A DNA stretch of 64,000 nt, taken from the NCBI GenBank assembly GCA_021432655.1, contig MU271235.1, forward strand, positions 62,001 through 126,000, read 5' to 3'. Of the stretch, positions 30,754 to 43,889 are shown one piece after another. The first letter of the stretch is position 1; every line of letters starts with the position of its first letter. Below the pieces are notes generated by a model. The model had not been told where the DNA came from. It did no database searches and saw only the letters and a program-made list of their open reading frames with translations. The stretch comes from Atractiella rhizophila (taxonomy: Eukaryota). The translations under genes were made by a program, and so were the position numbers.

Positions 30754-33700
30754 GGGGGTGTCAAAGTTGAATCAATAAAATTAATATGCGGCTTGCAAAT
30801 CTGCGTGCAATGATGAATAAAAAAAATAACCAGCTTGCTGGGGTTTGAGTCCCTGACCAAAACCTGCTTTTCAGGGTGCATTATTGCCACTTGCGGCACA
30901 TACGTCAGTCCTCACCAAATGGGCCAAACTATGTTCCTGCCCTTGGCGCCGCATCAGCTGTCTGCCTTTCCTGATTTGCCATGACCCGCCAGACAGATCG
31001 GCAGGTTGCTGCAGAGCAGGTTGAGCATCATAAACTACTTCAACAACTGCTTGCGCTCATCAACCCAGATGATGATTCGGATCATGGCTCAGGCTCAGAT
31101 GGTGCTCCAGGCTCAGAACCCGCTCAATACAATGACAGCGATGACTTTTTGTCCAGCCACAGCAGTAGTGAAGAATCCTCAGATAGCAGTGATAGCTCTA
31201 CTGCAATCAAGGATGATTACTCCAGTATTGAATCTGACTCTGAAGGCTCCAATTTCGACCATGTTACTCAAGTTCTCAAGATTCTCAATTCTCAGAGATA
31301 TCTGAGCCTCCGCACTGACGTCCAGGATGAAGCAACATTCAGTACCAGTTATGTCACCAAGCTTTTTGGCCCCTATTACTCCAAGAAGCCAGAAAAGTTT
31401 CACATAGCTGTTTGCATTGATTCAATCAGCTTCCAGAAGCTTCTAAAGCAATCAAGCAACATCCTATCTTTCAGAACAAGTCTTACAATTCTCAGTCTCC
31501 AGCTCGATATCAGCTTGCTCTTCTCCTCCACCATCTAGGACAAAATATGCAATGCAGAATCACTTGTTTCCCTATCCTTCATTTTTAACTGCAGCACCGG
31601 AATAATAGAGCTATGTTGTTTTCATGTGATCATGGCCATCCTCCTAATGTCCTCCCTTGCCAAACTGTCTGTCATGGTTAGGCCTCATACATATAGGAGA
31701 TACCGGAACCTTCTGGAACCTCTTAAAATAGTCTAGAACATTACTCGGGAATATGGTTGAACAGTCTAGAACATTCTCTGAATAACCTTAACTGCCATCA
31801 CCTAGAGTGTCTGGAATATTGTGGAACAATTCCATAACCACCTAAAAGGAGCTCAAACGAGTAAGGATTCTAGACATTCCAACGACCCTACTTCTTCAGT
31901 ACATTCCAGAGACTGGCTCAACACCTCCACAACCAATCCTTCGAACCTCTTGTATATATTTCATCTTATAGCACTTCTTTGGAATAATATAAGGATTACC
32001 GACAACCAATGACGTCGAGTCTTGTGCCTAGCTTACGAAAGGATTGTTGTTTAAACCTAGTGTGAAAGAGATCAAAGGACATATACTTTGTAAAGTCTAG
32101 TCGTGAAACCTTCTAACCTTTACACTGTCCATTTTTTGGCCTAGACAGTCCATCAGCAAATTCCCTGGTGCTATAGCATCTATCCTGGGAACACCATATA
32201 GATCTTTCCTAGGAGATCCTAGCAGCCCCTAGGGACCTTTAGGACCCTATAGCAAACTTCAAAAACCGACCTTCAACAAACTTTAACACCATTCATGACT
32301 CCAGAATGGCTCACTGCATTTCCCTATTGCCTAAGGGGTCAACACGCATCAGGGGCTCTTTGCTCGTCCCATTTTTTTTTCATAAGTTCATTCAGTTTGA
32401 ATCTCATTCATCCTCATTCTCAAGATCTGCCTGCAATCTGCCTGCACAGATTTTCTCAAACTGTCTCCTCTCTCCCTTCCTGTAAGCCTTCTCTCCCTCT
32501 TCAACCCTCCCAGACATGATGCCCTCCAAGCTACTGGCCACGTCACCCCATCTCATACTCTGACCTGGTGTCTCAATGCCAACAAAGACAGGAGTCTGGA
32601 TCAATCTGAAGGGAGCTGGATTATGAAGAGTGATAAGAGCAGTGATGGTACTGAGAAAGGTAAAGCGGTTGATTTTTTCGGCATACCATCATGGATGGGA
32701 TTTGTGATGCTCTCAATCAATCCTACACTAATACTTCATTTAGCTCACATTTCCTGCCCATCCTCCCTGTTACAGATCCTTCCTCACTACCCCTCAATTA
32801 CCTGCAGTATTCTTGTTGTGCCACTACCCTATTGCAGCTTACGACCTTGCCCGTTCCTCACTTGGATTCATGGTATTGTTCTGTTGCACTTCACGATGTG
32901 AAGGACTGGTTGGCTTTCACTTCTCCATTTTGAGTTGAATGTGCACAGGTCAGGAAGGAGTCCAGGAAGTCAACAGACAGTCATCAAGTGAATTCAACTG
33001 TTCAAGCGGCAGTGACAGAGTTTGGTATACTATTGGCAGTCCTAATGTGAGTTGAGAGGAGAAAGTGACATAAAGAGGGCTCCACCTGTGGCTGAAGTAG
33101 ATCTGTGCAACCAAGATTGTGAGTCCCTATGTCTTCTGAAGTCTTTTTCTCAAAGATGTCAGTCACAGGCACTTCTTCGGTGATGAAGGTTCATCTTGTA
33201 TCAACCTGCCTTATTCGGTATCAATTGAGTCCACACAACTATCTACATTCCTCTTAACTCACACTTACCTCTAAGCAATAAGGTTCTCTTAGGCATTAAA
33301 GTAGTCATCTGTAGGCTTGCTAGCAGTGATTGTATGTGATAAGATAGAGCAGACAAGTGATCTGGTTCCTGCAGTGCATGATAGTGTATGCTATCATAGT
33401 TTTGTTGATTAATATAGTTGGGTTTATTGCATTATATTTACGTCACAAAGCATGGGAAGGCAGCCTACAAATGAAATGAGAGAGCAAACAGGTGACTCAC
33501 CCATAGCGCGATAGCCCCATAGTGCGATAGCAGCACTCCTAGCTGTCTAGGATAGATCCCAGGTGACAAAAACCCTATGAGCTCCTATGAGCTATCTTAA
33601 GGCCTATAGTTCCATAGGCAACCATCCGAAAAGTGCTGATGTCATCTTGGAGGAAGTATAAGGAGATAGCAAAGAAATTGTAGGAGGTTGTAAAGAATGG

Positions 33701-35456
33701 CAGGACGGATGGAACATTGATTAATATGTTCCAAAACCGCATATGGTATAAATAAATACAGAGCAAAATGTAGGTTAAATGAGAACTGAGGCAAACTGAC
33801 CACCATGCTTTCACAATAAGTAGATTTTCTTTTCTTCACACCTGATGGAGGATTATTGAATATACGGTTGGTCATATTGGAAGCAAAACTGATGGCACAG
33901 TTCTAAAGTTAATAGGTTTCGATTTCTTATGGTATCACCAGTGTGCTAATACCGCAAACAGGATTCTTTACTCTGGGGAGAGAAGATGGACAGAGTGCTT
34001 CCTCATAATCATCACTCTGCACTGCTTGCAGATGATGAATGGTGTTGGGCAGACTCAGGATACCCAATTGGACTGGTTGATTATTCCCTAGGATCAAGCA
34101 ACTGTGCAACACGATAGTAATACAACGGAACTTCTTTTCAATATTCACCTTTCACAAATTGGCATCGTCACAGAACATGCCATCAGATACCTCAAAGGTC
34201 GCTTCCAATCACTCAAAAAATTGTGCCTTCTCCTTAATGACCAACAGCGGATCACAATGGATCAAGATTGGATCCGAATGTCAGGTTTGCATCTTATGCA
34301 AATCAGCGCCTGTTCGCCAGATTGCGTCTCCTAACAGTCACAGGCACTTCTTCGGTGATGAAGGTTCATCTTGTATCAACCTGCCTTATTCGGTATCAAT
34401 TGAGTCCACACAACTATCTACATTCCTCTTAACTCACACTTACCTCTAAGCAATAAGGTTCTCTTAGGCATTAAAGTAGTCATCTGTAGGCTTGCTAGCA
34501 GTGATTGTATGTGATAAGATAGAGCAGACAAGTGATCTGGTTCCTGCAGTGCATGATAGTGTATGCTATCATAGTTTTGTTGATTAACATAGTTGGGTTT
34601 ATTGCATTATATTTATGTCACAAAGCATGGGAAGGCAGCCTACAAATGAAATGAGAGAGCAAACAGGTGACTCACCCATAGCACGATAGCCCCATAGTGC
34701 GATAGCAGCACTCCTAGCTGTCTAGGATAGATCCCAGGTGACAAAAACCCTATGAGCTCCTATAAGCTATCATAAGGCCTATAGTTCCATAGACAACCAT
34801 CCGAAAAGTGCTGATGTCATCTTGGAGGAAGTATAAGGAGATGGCAAAAGAAATTGTAGGAGGTTGTGAAGAATTGCAGGACGGATGGAACATTGATTAA
34901 TATGTTCCAAAACTGCATATGGTATAAATAAATACAGAGCAAAATGCAGGTTCAATGAGAACTGAGGCAAACTGACCACCATGCTTTCACAATAAGTAGA
35001 TTTTCTTTTCTTCACACCTGATGTGAGGATTATTGAATATACGGTTGGTCATATTGGAAGCAAAACCGATGGCACAGTTCTAAAGTTAATAGGTTTTGAT
35101 TTCTTATGGTATCACCAGTGTGCTAATGCCGCAAACAGGATTCTTTACTCTGGGGAGAGAAGATGGACAGAGTGCTTCCTCATAATCATCACTCTGCACT
35201 GCTTGCAGATGATGAATGGTGTTGGGCAGACTCAGGATACCCAATTGGACTGGTTGATTATTCCCTAGGATCATGCAACTGTGCAACATGATAGTAATAC
35301 AACGGAACATCTTTTCAATATTCACCTTTCACAAATTGGCATCGTCACAGAACATGCCATCAGATACCTCAAAGGTCACTTCCAATCACTCAAAGAATTG
35401 TGCCCTTCTCCTTAACAATCAACAGCAGATCACAATGGGTCAAGATTGGATCCGAA
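30754..35456 (+). mobile_element. Decayed PIF/Harbinger DNA transposon (right end lost)
   Basis: Begins GGGGGTGTCAAA exactly where homology with the empty paralogous site (~1201) stops; transposase remnants DGTLI, IIEYTVGHIGSKTD, DSGYP, FNIHLSQIGIVTEHAIRYLKGRFQSL; acidic N-terminal ORF at 30981. Confidence 0.75.
31670..32124. mobile_element. Solo LTR, 455 bp, of a second family
   Basis: Termini TGTCATGGTTAG...CTAACCTTTACA; 5-bp TSD CTGTC at 31665-31669 and 32125-32129. Confidence 0.88.
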
Positions 35457-35511
35457 TGTCAGGTTTGCATCTTATGCAAATCGGCGCCTGTTCGCCAGAT
35501 TGCGTCTCCTA
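33160..35511 (+). repeat. Tandem duplication, ~1175-bp unit (33160-34333 and 34335-35511)
   Basis: Both copies start CAGTCACAGGCACTTCTTCGG and are near-identical. Confidence 0.95.
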
Positions 35512-35544
35512 TTGCCAATTTGCATTCTCTGCGAATCGGCACCC
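35457..35544 (+). repeat. 5'-terminal fragment of the Gypsy LTR family (shorter copy at 34279-34333)
   Basis: Reverse complement of ~7598-7685; starts TGTCAGGTTTGC. Confidence 0.8.
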
Positions 35545-35545
35545 T

Positions 35546-35739
35546 GTCAATGGTACACGAGACGGTTATAAGGTATGTTGCTATCCCTTTGACCACGGCT
35601 TCTTCTGACAGCGACAATAGTACCTCATCTCCATACCCTTAAGTCTGTGTCATCGCCTCCGATCTGTTTATATTTTATTAGCTTTTCTCAACCATCATCA
35701 CAATGTAAATTTACTCGTTTGGATAGCCACTATCGCGTT
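35546..35739 (+). pseudogene. Third copy of the cullin 3' tip and downstream flank
   Basis: Aligns with 5886-6130 with small deletions. Confidence 0.88.
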
Positions 35740-37161
35740 GCATTGCTACAACTTCAACCACCAACCGGAACTCCTTCTCTCACTACCAACCACTTATTAC
35801 CTTATCACGGATATACTAGCGAGAGCTGGTAACTAACATCTGCTATGGGTGGGAATGAAATGGGAAAGAAAGAGAACAGTAGAAAATGTTGCTTGAGCCT
35901 TGAACTCCCTCGTCCCAAGTTTCACGAAGTGGAAAAAAACTGATGAACAACAGGACAGGAAAAAGAACCTCAAAACGAAGAGGTGCCAGCAAAGTGGGTT
36001 GAAATATTGAAAAGGAATGAGTCCACGACTTTTAATATACAGTAGGTATCGGATGATCGGACGGCGGTGGTATGAGATTGGAGGATGATAGATGGAATGC
36101 GGAGTAGTGATGGTAGGAAATCTAGCAGATTTTCTTCGGAACGAATGTTGAACCTAATGAATGAGCAGCGAAAAACAGCACTGAATCGTACCACCGCACT
36201 CATTGAAACCGAGCACTTAAACGTCGTCGTGAATTGACAGCTAGCGAGAATGGGAAATCGTGTATATGTCGTTTCTGTCGTCCACCCCATTTCCGAACGA
36301 AAGTCTCTCTCAGAGTTGACGAAAATGTTAGAGAGAGGGTCCTCGTTGTTTCACTTTCTCAACGAGAGTACTTGTCCTCCCCAACAGTTCAAACCAGCCC
36401 GTTCCTAACTTCTGCGCGGCATCCCACCCGAACCCTGTGCCGAAAGATCCTGCTATCGCGACTGCGTTCTCAATAATTTCGGGAACAGAGAGGTACACAA
36501 AGACGTCCACCGTTTGAGCCGGTGGTGGATTGTGTGGGGGCAGGATATGGATTCCCTGTCGATGTCGACAATTAGATCAACGTCATGCGGCAGAGAATGA
36601 AAAACAAACGAGGTAAGACAGGGGATGCGTCAGCTTCTTCGTCCCATCCTTATCATCGTAGGTCCGTGAGACGATATCTTCCCAAAATCCAACACCGATG
36701 AAATCTGCGCGCACTTCGAAATCTCTCAAGTAAGGAAAGAGCTAATAAATACGAAGGTCAGTTCCTACTGCTATCCTGAGCTGCAGAAAAAATACCTTCA
36801 ACACTTTATCGCAGTTTCCCTTCCAGCCTCCCTGAGATCCCCAGACATCGCTGAGTCCCCAGCCGATTGTGAGACCAGTAAGATGAAGTGAGCTTAGCCG
36901 ATCAAGCAAGAGACCTTAGGAATTCAAATATCAGCATACCAATAGGTTATGGCGAAATAGGAGATGCATACCAACATCAAGTGTTTTATCTTTGAGGAAT
37001 GAATACTTCAATGTTGCAGCTTGATATTTTCCCACGTTAAAGCCGCAATCTTTCATCTCCGGTGGCTTGTTTCCAGCAGATGAAGGATAGAGGATGGACC
37101 AAGCGTCAAGGTGGAGTCTGCATCCACACTTCAGCACGAAGGTCTGCGCAGACAGAACAAC

Positions 37162-38091
37162 TCACTCTTTCAATCCCGGGGCTAACTCTGGAAGATCCCA
37201 AAGGAAACCAGCACTTAATTCGCAAGCTGTCCCAAAGAACAGATCCCGTAAACCAAGGTCATCTGTGTCCTTTGCTTCCCGCCTGATCTTCATCTTCTTT
37301 CCTGTCTTCGGTGGCGTTGTGACTTCGGGCTTTCCCTTCATTGGCTTTCCATCCCCCAAATCAAAATCCATGAGCGATTCCTCAATGTCAAAAGCGAGAG
37401 AATCCCAGTCAATATTTTGCTTGAAACTGGGCCCACACTTCCTCTGCAGCTCCAACACACGCCTGAACCTCTGCTCCATCGCTCCATTCGGCACCAAAAC
37501 CAGACCTGCGCAAGATATGCGCTTCAAATTCTCGCATTTGCCTATGAGGTCGAAACAGAATTCCGTCCGTTTCACGAGCGCTGCAGTGTGAGATGTCGAT
37601 TCTGTATGACTCGAAGGCGGAGCGCCACGAGCCAACATGGCTAGGGGAGCAAGGTCCAACACGTCGAGCAGCTCGATTCCTTTCCCGTACTGACGCGGTC
37701 CTCGACCCGCCTTGCCAATTGCTTCGGCAAGCGCGTCCAGACGGTCAAGACTAGCACGATAAACCAAGTCGCCCAATGCTAGACGACGGAGACTGGGAAG
37801 GGAAGGGAGGATGTCGGGTAGATTATCCGTCCTGGGTTGGACGTCAGTAAATTTCACGAAGAGGAAGGAGTCGGGTGCATACCAGAATTTTGCCATGGTG
37901 CTTGGGCAGTAAGGTGATGGTCGCGAAGAAGACGGGAGAGCTGAACTTGTGAGACCTATTGTTGAGGTGGATAGAAATGTGACGAATTGACCATACGGTT
38001 GTTGAAATGCTGCAGTTGTGGAATTGGAGTGATTCGATAGCGGCTTCTTGGTAAGAGCTTTCAGAAACCTTTTTCCATGCTCGAGAGACAC
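37162..38091 (-). CDS. Hypothetical protein exon, possibly the Leu-rich part of an F-box gene
   Basis: 309-codon ORF with LPSLRRLAL and CENLKRI segments; true exon limits unclear. Confidence 0.4.
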   Translation of the reverse strand: MSLEHGKRFLKALTKKPLSNHSNSTTAAFQQPYGQFVTFLSTSTIGLTSSALPSSSRPSPYCPSTMAKFWYAPDSFLFVKFTDVQPRTDNLPDILPSLPSLRRLALGDLVYRASLDRLDALAEAIGKAGRGPRQYGKGIELLDVLDLAPLAMLARGAPPSSHTESTSHTAALVKRTEFCFDLIGKCENLKRISCAGLVLVPNGAMEQRFRRVLELQRKCGPSFKQNIDWDSLAFDIEESLMDFDLGDGKPMKGKPEVTTPPKTGKKMKIRREAKDTDDLGLRDLFFGTACELSAGFLWDLPELAPGLKE

Positions 38092-39649
38092 GATAGTCGG
38101 TGCCTCCCATAGTCTTCATTCGATTACACAGTGAGCGATAGTCCGTACAATAGAAAATACACATGCTAATTCGAGGCAGAGCAATACTTACTTCGGTAGT
38201 AGGATCTCGTAAAACAATCGACAGACTGGCAGTAGCAGTTTGATACCTGAGTGCCAGGTGAGCGTTGATCTGTTTCCAATAATTCATCTATCAGTCGAGT
38301 CCACAAAAAGAATTGGGGTTAATAATCCCAACTCCCTCCCCCGCATTCTCATTGGCAGTAAGGCCAATGTCAGTCGCCTAGACAATTTGGTTAATCAATC
38401 CAGATCAGAGCTTAAAAGTTGTTTGTCCACAGCACAAGGTGTGAATACATCTTGTGCACAGGCCACACCGCAGCTCTGTTTGGACGTCTTCATTTACGGC
38501 AAGCAAAAGAGTTTTGATAGGATTGTCAGACGACGAGATGAGGGTAATGAAGGAAGAGGTACCGATGACTCTTCTCTCATTGGCACTCCTCTCCTCACAT
38601 CTATAACCATCGAATGACATATTATGACATACCATACACCACCAGGTTAGAAACACAATAAGGGAGGATAAGGAGACTATCAGGTAGAATCAGTCTTATT
38701 ACTTCCATAAACGATAGCATCTTTCTCGCACCCCAAATAATGGCATTCATCTCCAATACTTCTAAATAGTGCAGTCAACTAGTGCTCATCGTAAAGATAG
38801 GCACATTCATTAAGTGACACAGGGTTAGGGTAGGAGAAGTATTGAATAATCCCTTAAGGTTAACAACGGCTCCTGTTACGGAGGCTTAAGTGGTCCTTCC
38901 CACCACTCTAATTCACGTAATTCACGTTCCTACGCCAACACCTTGGTTGTAGTGGTTCTCACCACAAACAAGAATTGACGCTCTCTCTCGTTCGTCTATT
39001 TTAAGCAGCTCATTGCTGCTTTCTCTTTAGCGCCTCATAGTGACTACAACCAAGGAAAAGGTCGATTATCGTCGAGCGGACACTTCATCTACTTGCGCCA
39101 TCGTCGGTATGGCTACCATCCTTGCCCCGACATAGCCGCGAGCCCAAGTCCGGGGCAGAGGCATGTAGGCGCAGAGAGGTCGGGGAACGAAGGAGTAGAC
39201 GATATATCCTCCACGCAAACAGCTGCCTTCCTTCCTCTGAACATCTCCGCTATTCCACTCCAGGCTAATGGTTTCTTGGCATAATGCCAATTAATTACTG
39301 AGCAAGAAAAGTGCAAGACGAAAGCAGCAGGAAGTCTCGTGAGACGGACATTTAGCTCTGCTCAAACGAGTAACATTCCCATCACTACAAGATCCTGTGA
39401 CCCTGCTTCTTGTTCCCTCACTAAACAGAAAGAGAGGCTGAGGACAGGCGTCACGATAATTCAATTGTGACGTCCCGTATCAAATGGAACCGACTAAGGC
39501 TCAAAATTCATGGTAAAGTAAGAGGGAAGTGAGGAGACAACTCTCTGCCACTTCAAGTTTCATGGAGTAACGAGAAACGGTCCAGAAATTGGGCACATCT
39601 TTCTTTCGCTCCTACCCGACTCAACAAATCCCCAAAGCAAAAAAAGAGA

Positions 39650-39947
39650 AGAACAGAACGCACCCAACCCTCCTCCCCTCCTCCCTCTCTCCGACCCATC
39701 CAGTCCTCCGTGGATCCTCCACACCGCCCCAACCCGCCCAGCCCTCCTCCACGCCCTCCTCCGACAGCCTCTCCAGCCCCTTCGACCTTCCCAGTGCGAG
39801 GTCGAGTATGTGGCCGAGCAGCTCGGGAGGGAAGTTCGTTAGCGTGCGTTGTTGGTGTTTGGAGGCTTCAGAGGACGAGGTCGATGGGCGGGGAGTGCTG
39901 CTGGTGGGAAGGGGCGGTACGTAGCGCGAGACGGTGTTGGGAGGCAT
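39650..39947 (-). CDS. First exon of a gene with an F-box-like motif
   Basis: TLTNFPPELLGHILDLAL after a Ser/Pro-rich N-terminus; may continue into 37162-38091. Confidence 0.4.
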
Positions 39948-40449
39948 GCTTGTGGCTGGAGTGAGTCAGTTGAGCAGACGTTGGAAGTGGAAATGGGTAT
40001 TATTGCTCCTGGTTTTGGATGGACGACGTTGGATGTTGGATGACTGGTGCGCTGTGTGCGGAGGACTCAGCGTGTACGTACCGCTTGATAAGAAGCGACC
40101 AACAAAAGCTACCGAAAGGACAAGGAGACTGTGCTATGCAGAGTGGATTTGGGAGATAGATATGATGGCTGGAGATATGCTGATGCTGATATGCGGGCGA
40201 GAGAGAGAAATCGGGAGTTTGGATGATTTTGCACTGTTTGGAGCTTTGCAAGATCCGTTCCTTTACTCTATAAGTTTTGCCATTCGGGAGCACTGAAGGT
40301 CAAGCATTTGGGGCCTTAAAAGTTGAGTGTTTGCTCCCTTTCAAGTTAGAACCCACTTTCTTGCATCCGCAGGGATACTTGGTACTTGTACTTGTACTTG
40401 TGCGCTTGTTCGCTCAGCAAGGGAGGAGTGCAACAATGGAGCCTTTGTG

Positions 40450-41400
40450 CAAAGGATTATTAATTGCCTCTACGATTAGGATTCCTCCATAGAACATCGT
40501 TCGCTTTTTGGACGGGGCTGTTTCGAGGTTCATTGAGTCTGGTCTGCCCCGTCTCAAAGTGCAAATCTTGCATTGATGGTACACCTCGGCGTGAAACTGA
40601 CGCAATCCTGTCAGAACGAGTCGAATAAGACGGGGAAACTTTTGCTTGCTGCAAATAACCACATCCTTTTTACACCATGTTCATGGATCCGACATGAAGA
40701 AAGTAAAGCTTATTTGTCTCTCCGACGTCTTACAAGTGGGTTGGATGCTGAAGTCTGCTGCTGTTTTCTTTCAAATTGAAGGAGTTGATATCGGCCTCAG
40801 AGCGATTAAGAAATCATGTCTTTCCTGCCATGTTTCATTTCAAGTCCCATTGAACCCCAACTCATGACCCTCATAACTACTGCGCCGAAAATCGAAAGCC
40901 TGTCATTCGAAGCACGGGTGTTCATGACGCAAGGTTCGACGAACGAGATTGCAAATGTGGCTGAATACCAGCCGTCTTCTCGCTACTCGACAAGAAAGGG
41001 AACAAGTGTGCCTTCACCTCGTTCTGCATCATCTGATGGCCTAACTTTGCAAGTGATTGGGAGTACTCTGCAGAACTAGTTGGCGATGTCAGTACATCAG
41101 CAAGTGCCGACCACCTGTTCCGGCTGTTTCTCAGGATTCGACATGACAAACGCAGACACTATCTTTCCGTCGTTGGTGATCGCGTGCTCACGTAATTTTC
41201 TTCATGAGAGAAGATAGCCTTGTCTGACTGGTTATTGCCGTTATCATCAGCAGTCATTCGTTTCCGGGGATCAAGGCATACTCTGTTGGGTTGGACACAG
41301 AGGTTAAGACCAGGTTAGGGAGGGTAGGGATTCGTGCTCTACAGCTCGCGATGGAGGAGCAAAATGTATCGTTCCAGTTTTTTGTGGACTTCAAGGAGGA
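40450..41400 (+). pseudogene. Heavily decayed paralog of the F-box family at 53497-55053
   Basis: 41205-41290 encodes ..ISSHSFPGIKAYSVG, matching INRHSFPGIQGYSIG; SNLKEL-like segment near 40775; many disruptions. Confidence 0.65.
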
Positions 41401-42226
41401 GAGGGAGGCCTATAAGGAATGTCGATTTGTTGGTTTGGATGCTTGCTGATCAACTGGCATGAATGGCAACAATGCTTGTACAGCTTTTACGGAGAGAATC
41501 AAAGGCACCAGTAGACATTGCTGAATCCATTGACTACTGTATCAAGCTCATTTCTGTTCGTTTCCCCCTCCAACACCATCCTGCCACGACCACCAGTGAA
41601 ACACTATCCCGTACCATCTCTTTTTTTCCCATGGCGTCAACCATGACTACTAGTCTAAATGGAAGCTTCAAGAACTCAACAGGTTGTAATTCAGGACATG
41701 TGCATTCAACAGTGCAACATCAACCTCAGACTTAGGTGAGAAGAAACTCCAGGCCGATGTCTCTGTCTCCGGCATTGGAACCCAGTCAGGGGTTTATTCA
41801 ACCCTCAACTGAACGCTTCTCCCAATCAATCAGCCACAGGATAGCTTTTTTGCTTGTCCTTTGTGTTGAGATTTTGACTGGTGCGGAATTGCTGTCTTCG
41901 ATGGTGTCAGAAGGCGACAGGGGCTGGGTTAAGCATGAGAGCATGGGATCAGACTCTCTATCAGCTCATATTGGCAAGGCTGCTTGAGCAAGCAGTATCA
42001 TCCCATGTGCCAGTGGTCCGCTTCGTGGTGTATTTGTTGTTTACATTACTCTTCGCCAGTATTAAAGCCTTTGTGATCCTGTCCAGAAATGGCTTATTGT
42101 CAATAATGTCTCTCGTTCATAAGGCCCACCTATCGACTCTTCGTTTGCTGTGTATTCAGTTAGCAGTACTCAAACTTATCAATATTCCAGCTAGGTCAAC
42201 ATATTACAGATTGAGGAAAGTCCTAT

Positions 42227-43879
42227 TCAAAATCCGCATGCTAACGCCATTACCATGTACTCATCGTCATGTTTATGATGGATCTCATAAAAGCAAAATG
42301 TTTCATCTAATTCATCATTTCCACACACCAGTTCAAAGCCAACATCCCGCTGATTGGCTATCCCCTTTAACTCCTGTAAATTTTCTTCCGTCCATGCACC
42401 GTAGAAGAGGCTAAGATATATCTTCAAGTGTCCTTCTCGTTGGTAGAAGTAAGGGATACAAGTGAGAAAATCTGAGAAATGCACAATACAAAACCTCACG
42501 TCAAGCTGACAAACATCCGTGTGAATCATCAACTGATAGAAGAAATTGCTTGGTAAGATATTGCTGGTTTCGTGGCCACCATCTACTTGGACTGACCTAA
42601 GGATGAAACAATCGAATAACTCAATTGGTTTCTTAAAGACAATTTGACTAGCATCAAACTGGAGACTGGGTCTGTAGATTAAGCGAAGTGTAGAAAGTGT
42701 CTGTGCTTGTTGAGAAGATAGTGATGGAAGGCCAGCATCTAATGACCATAGTGAACAATTGGAAACAGTTTGCACTACTGAAGTCACGGTCTTCATGAAC
42801 TGAGCACTTCCATTCTCGATCTCTATCACTTTCAAGTGTAATAGTGGGACCTCATCAGACATGTCAAGATTTACTGTGAGGGGGGAGTGCAGCTGTAGCA
42901 AGTAAACAAAAGACAACACCAAGTAAGATTTACTGTGGAGCAAAAAGTAGATGACTCTAGTTTCATCCCAACCAATGAGATGAAGACATTCTATCGTGTC
43001 CAAGTCTGCCAATTGGATCAAAACGGATCTGAGTGCTTCTGTGGACGGATATGACAGCTTGACCTCAGAAATTTGAGGTTGAAACAGCTTGATAGTAGCC
43101 AAGAGTTGAAGGGGATTAATTCCGGCCTTGTGATCATCAGAATCGTAGTTAAACCGATACCACAACCTTTGAAAAACTGGAGACTGAGCAAACAAGCAGA
43201 GCTTGCTCCCCCCACTTTCTGGCTCATTTGCATACCCCAACAGTTGCTGACACCACTTTCGACAAACCAATCGATATGTCCAGAAGTTTCTGTATGATGA
43301 ATGCAGATACAGACACCGGAAGATCCAGTCCATAATTTCCAGAGGTAACAGAGAAATTGGAGAAAAGGTGCCAGCTCTTAATGGTCGATCTGAAGAAGGG
43401 TAGTGACTCGAAGCAACAACATGATGGACAGCTTCTGGATGAGTAAAATAAGGGCGGTGTCCTATATCGTATGTTGACTGCCAGTGACCATTAAGACTGA
43501 GTGATATGTCCCCAGAAAAGGAGGAGAAAAACTTTGCTTCGTCAAAATCTGGCTGAACCGAACTTGGCCTGAACCCCGTGCCAACAATGCCGAGACAAAC
43601 TTCAGAGTGACAGAAACCTATAAAAACATCAATGGAGTAAGATGTGGGACTGTCAGCAGCATCTGATCCGACATGAAAATATGATCCTTTCGCTTTTAGC
43701 ACTCGAACTTGCTCGAAGGTCAAAAATTCATGAAAAAGACTTTGCGATGGAGCTGATATATCACGGAAGAGAAAGATGTGTAACATGCGAGCATTGGTTA
43801 GCGCTACAAAAGATTTGCTTAAAAATATAGTCAGAGGAATTCTACAACCTGTCCCTCCTGCCATTGTGCTTGGTGTCAC
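42227..43879 (-). CDS. F-box protein with internal F-box and Leu-rich C-terminus
   Basis: 550-codon ORF; ISLLPLEIMDWIF...YRLVCRKW about 175 aa in; start may be 43787. Confidence 0.7.
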   Translation of the reverse strand: MTPSTMAGGTGCRIPLTIFLSKSFVALTNARMLHIFLFRDISAPSQSLFHEFLTFEQVRVLKAKGSYFHVGSDAADSPTSYSIDVFIGFCHSEVCLGIVGTGFRPSSVQPDFDEAKFFSSFSGDISLSLNGHWQSTYDIGHRPYFTHPEAVHHVVASSHYPSSDRPLRAGTFSPISLLPLEIMDWIFRCLYLHSSYRNFWTYRLVCRKWCQQLLGYANEPESGGSKLCLFAQSPVFQRLWYRFNYDSDDHKAGINPLQLLATIKLFQPQISEVKLSYPSTEALRSVLIQLADLDTIECLHLIGWDETRVIYFLLHSKSYLVLSFVYLLQLHSPLTVNLDMSDEVPLLHLKVIEIENGSAQFMKTVTSVVQTVSNCSLWSLDAGLPSLSSQQAQTLSTLRLIYRPSLQFDASQIVFKKPIELFDCFILRSVQVDGGHETSNILPSNFFYQLMIHTDVCQLDVRFCIVHFSDFLTCIPYFYQREGHLKIYLSLFYGAWTEENLQELKGIANQRDVGFELVCGNDELDETFCFYEIHHKHDDEYMVMALACGF

Positions 43880-43889
43880 AGCTGATGAA

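Noticed and set aside
38820..38836. Telomere-like GGGTTAGGG
   Set aside because: Single unit, expected by chance
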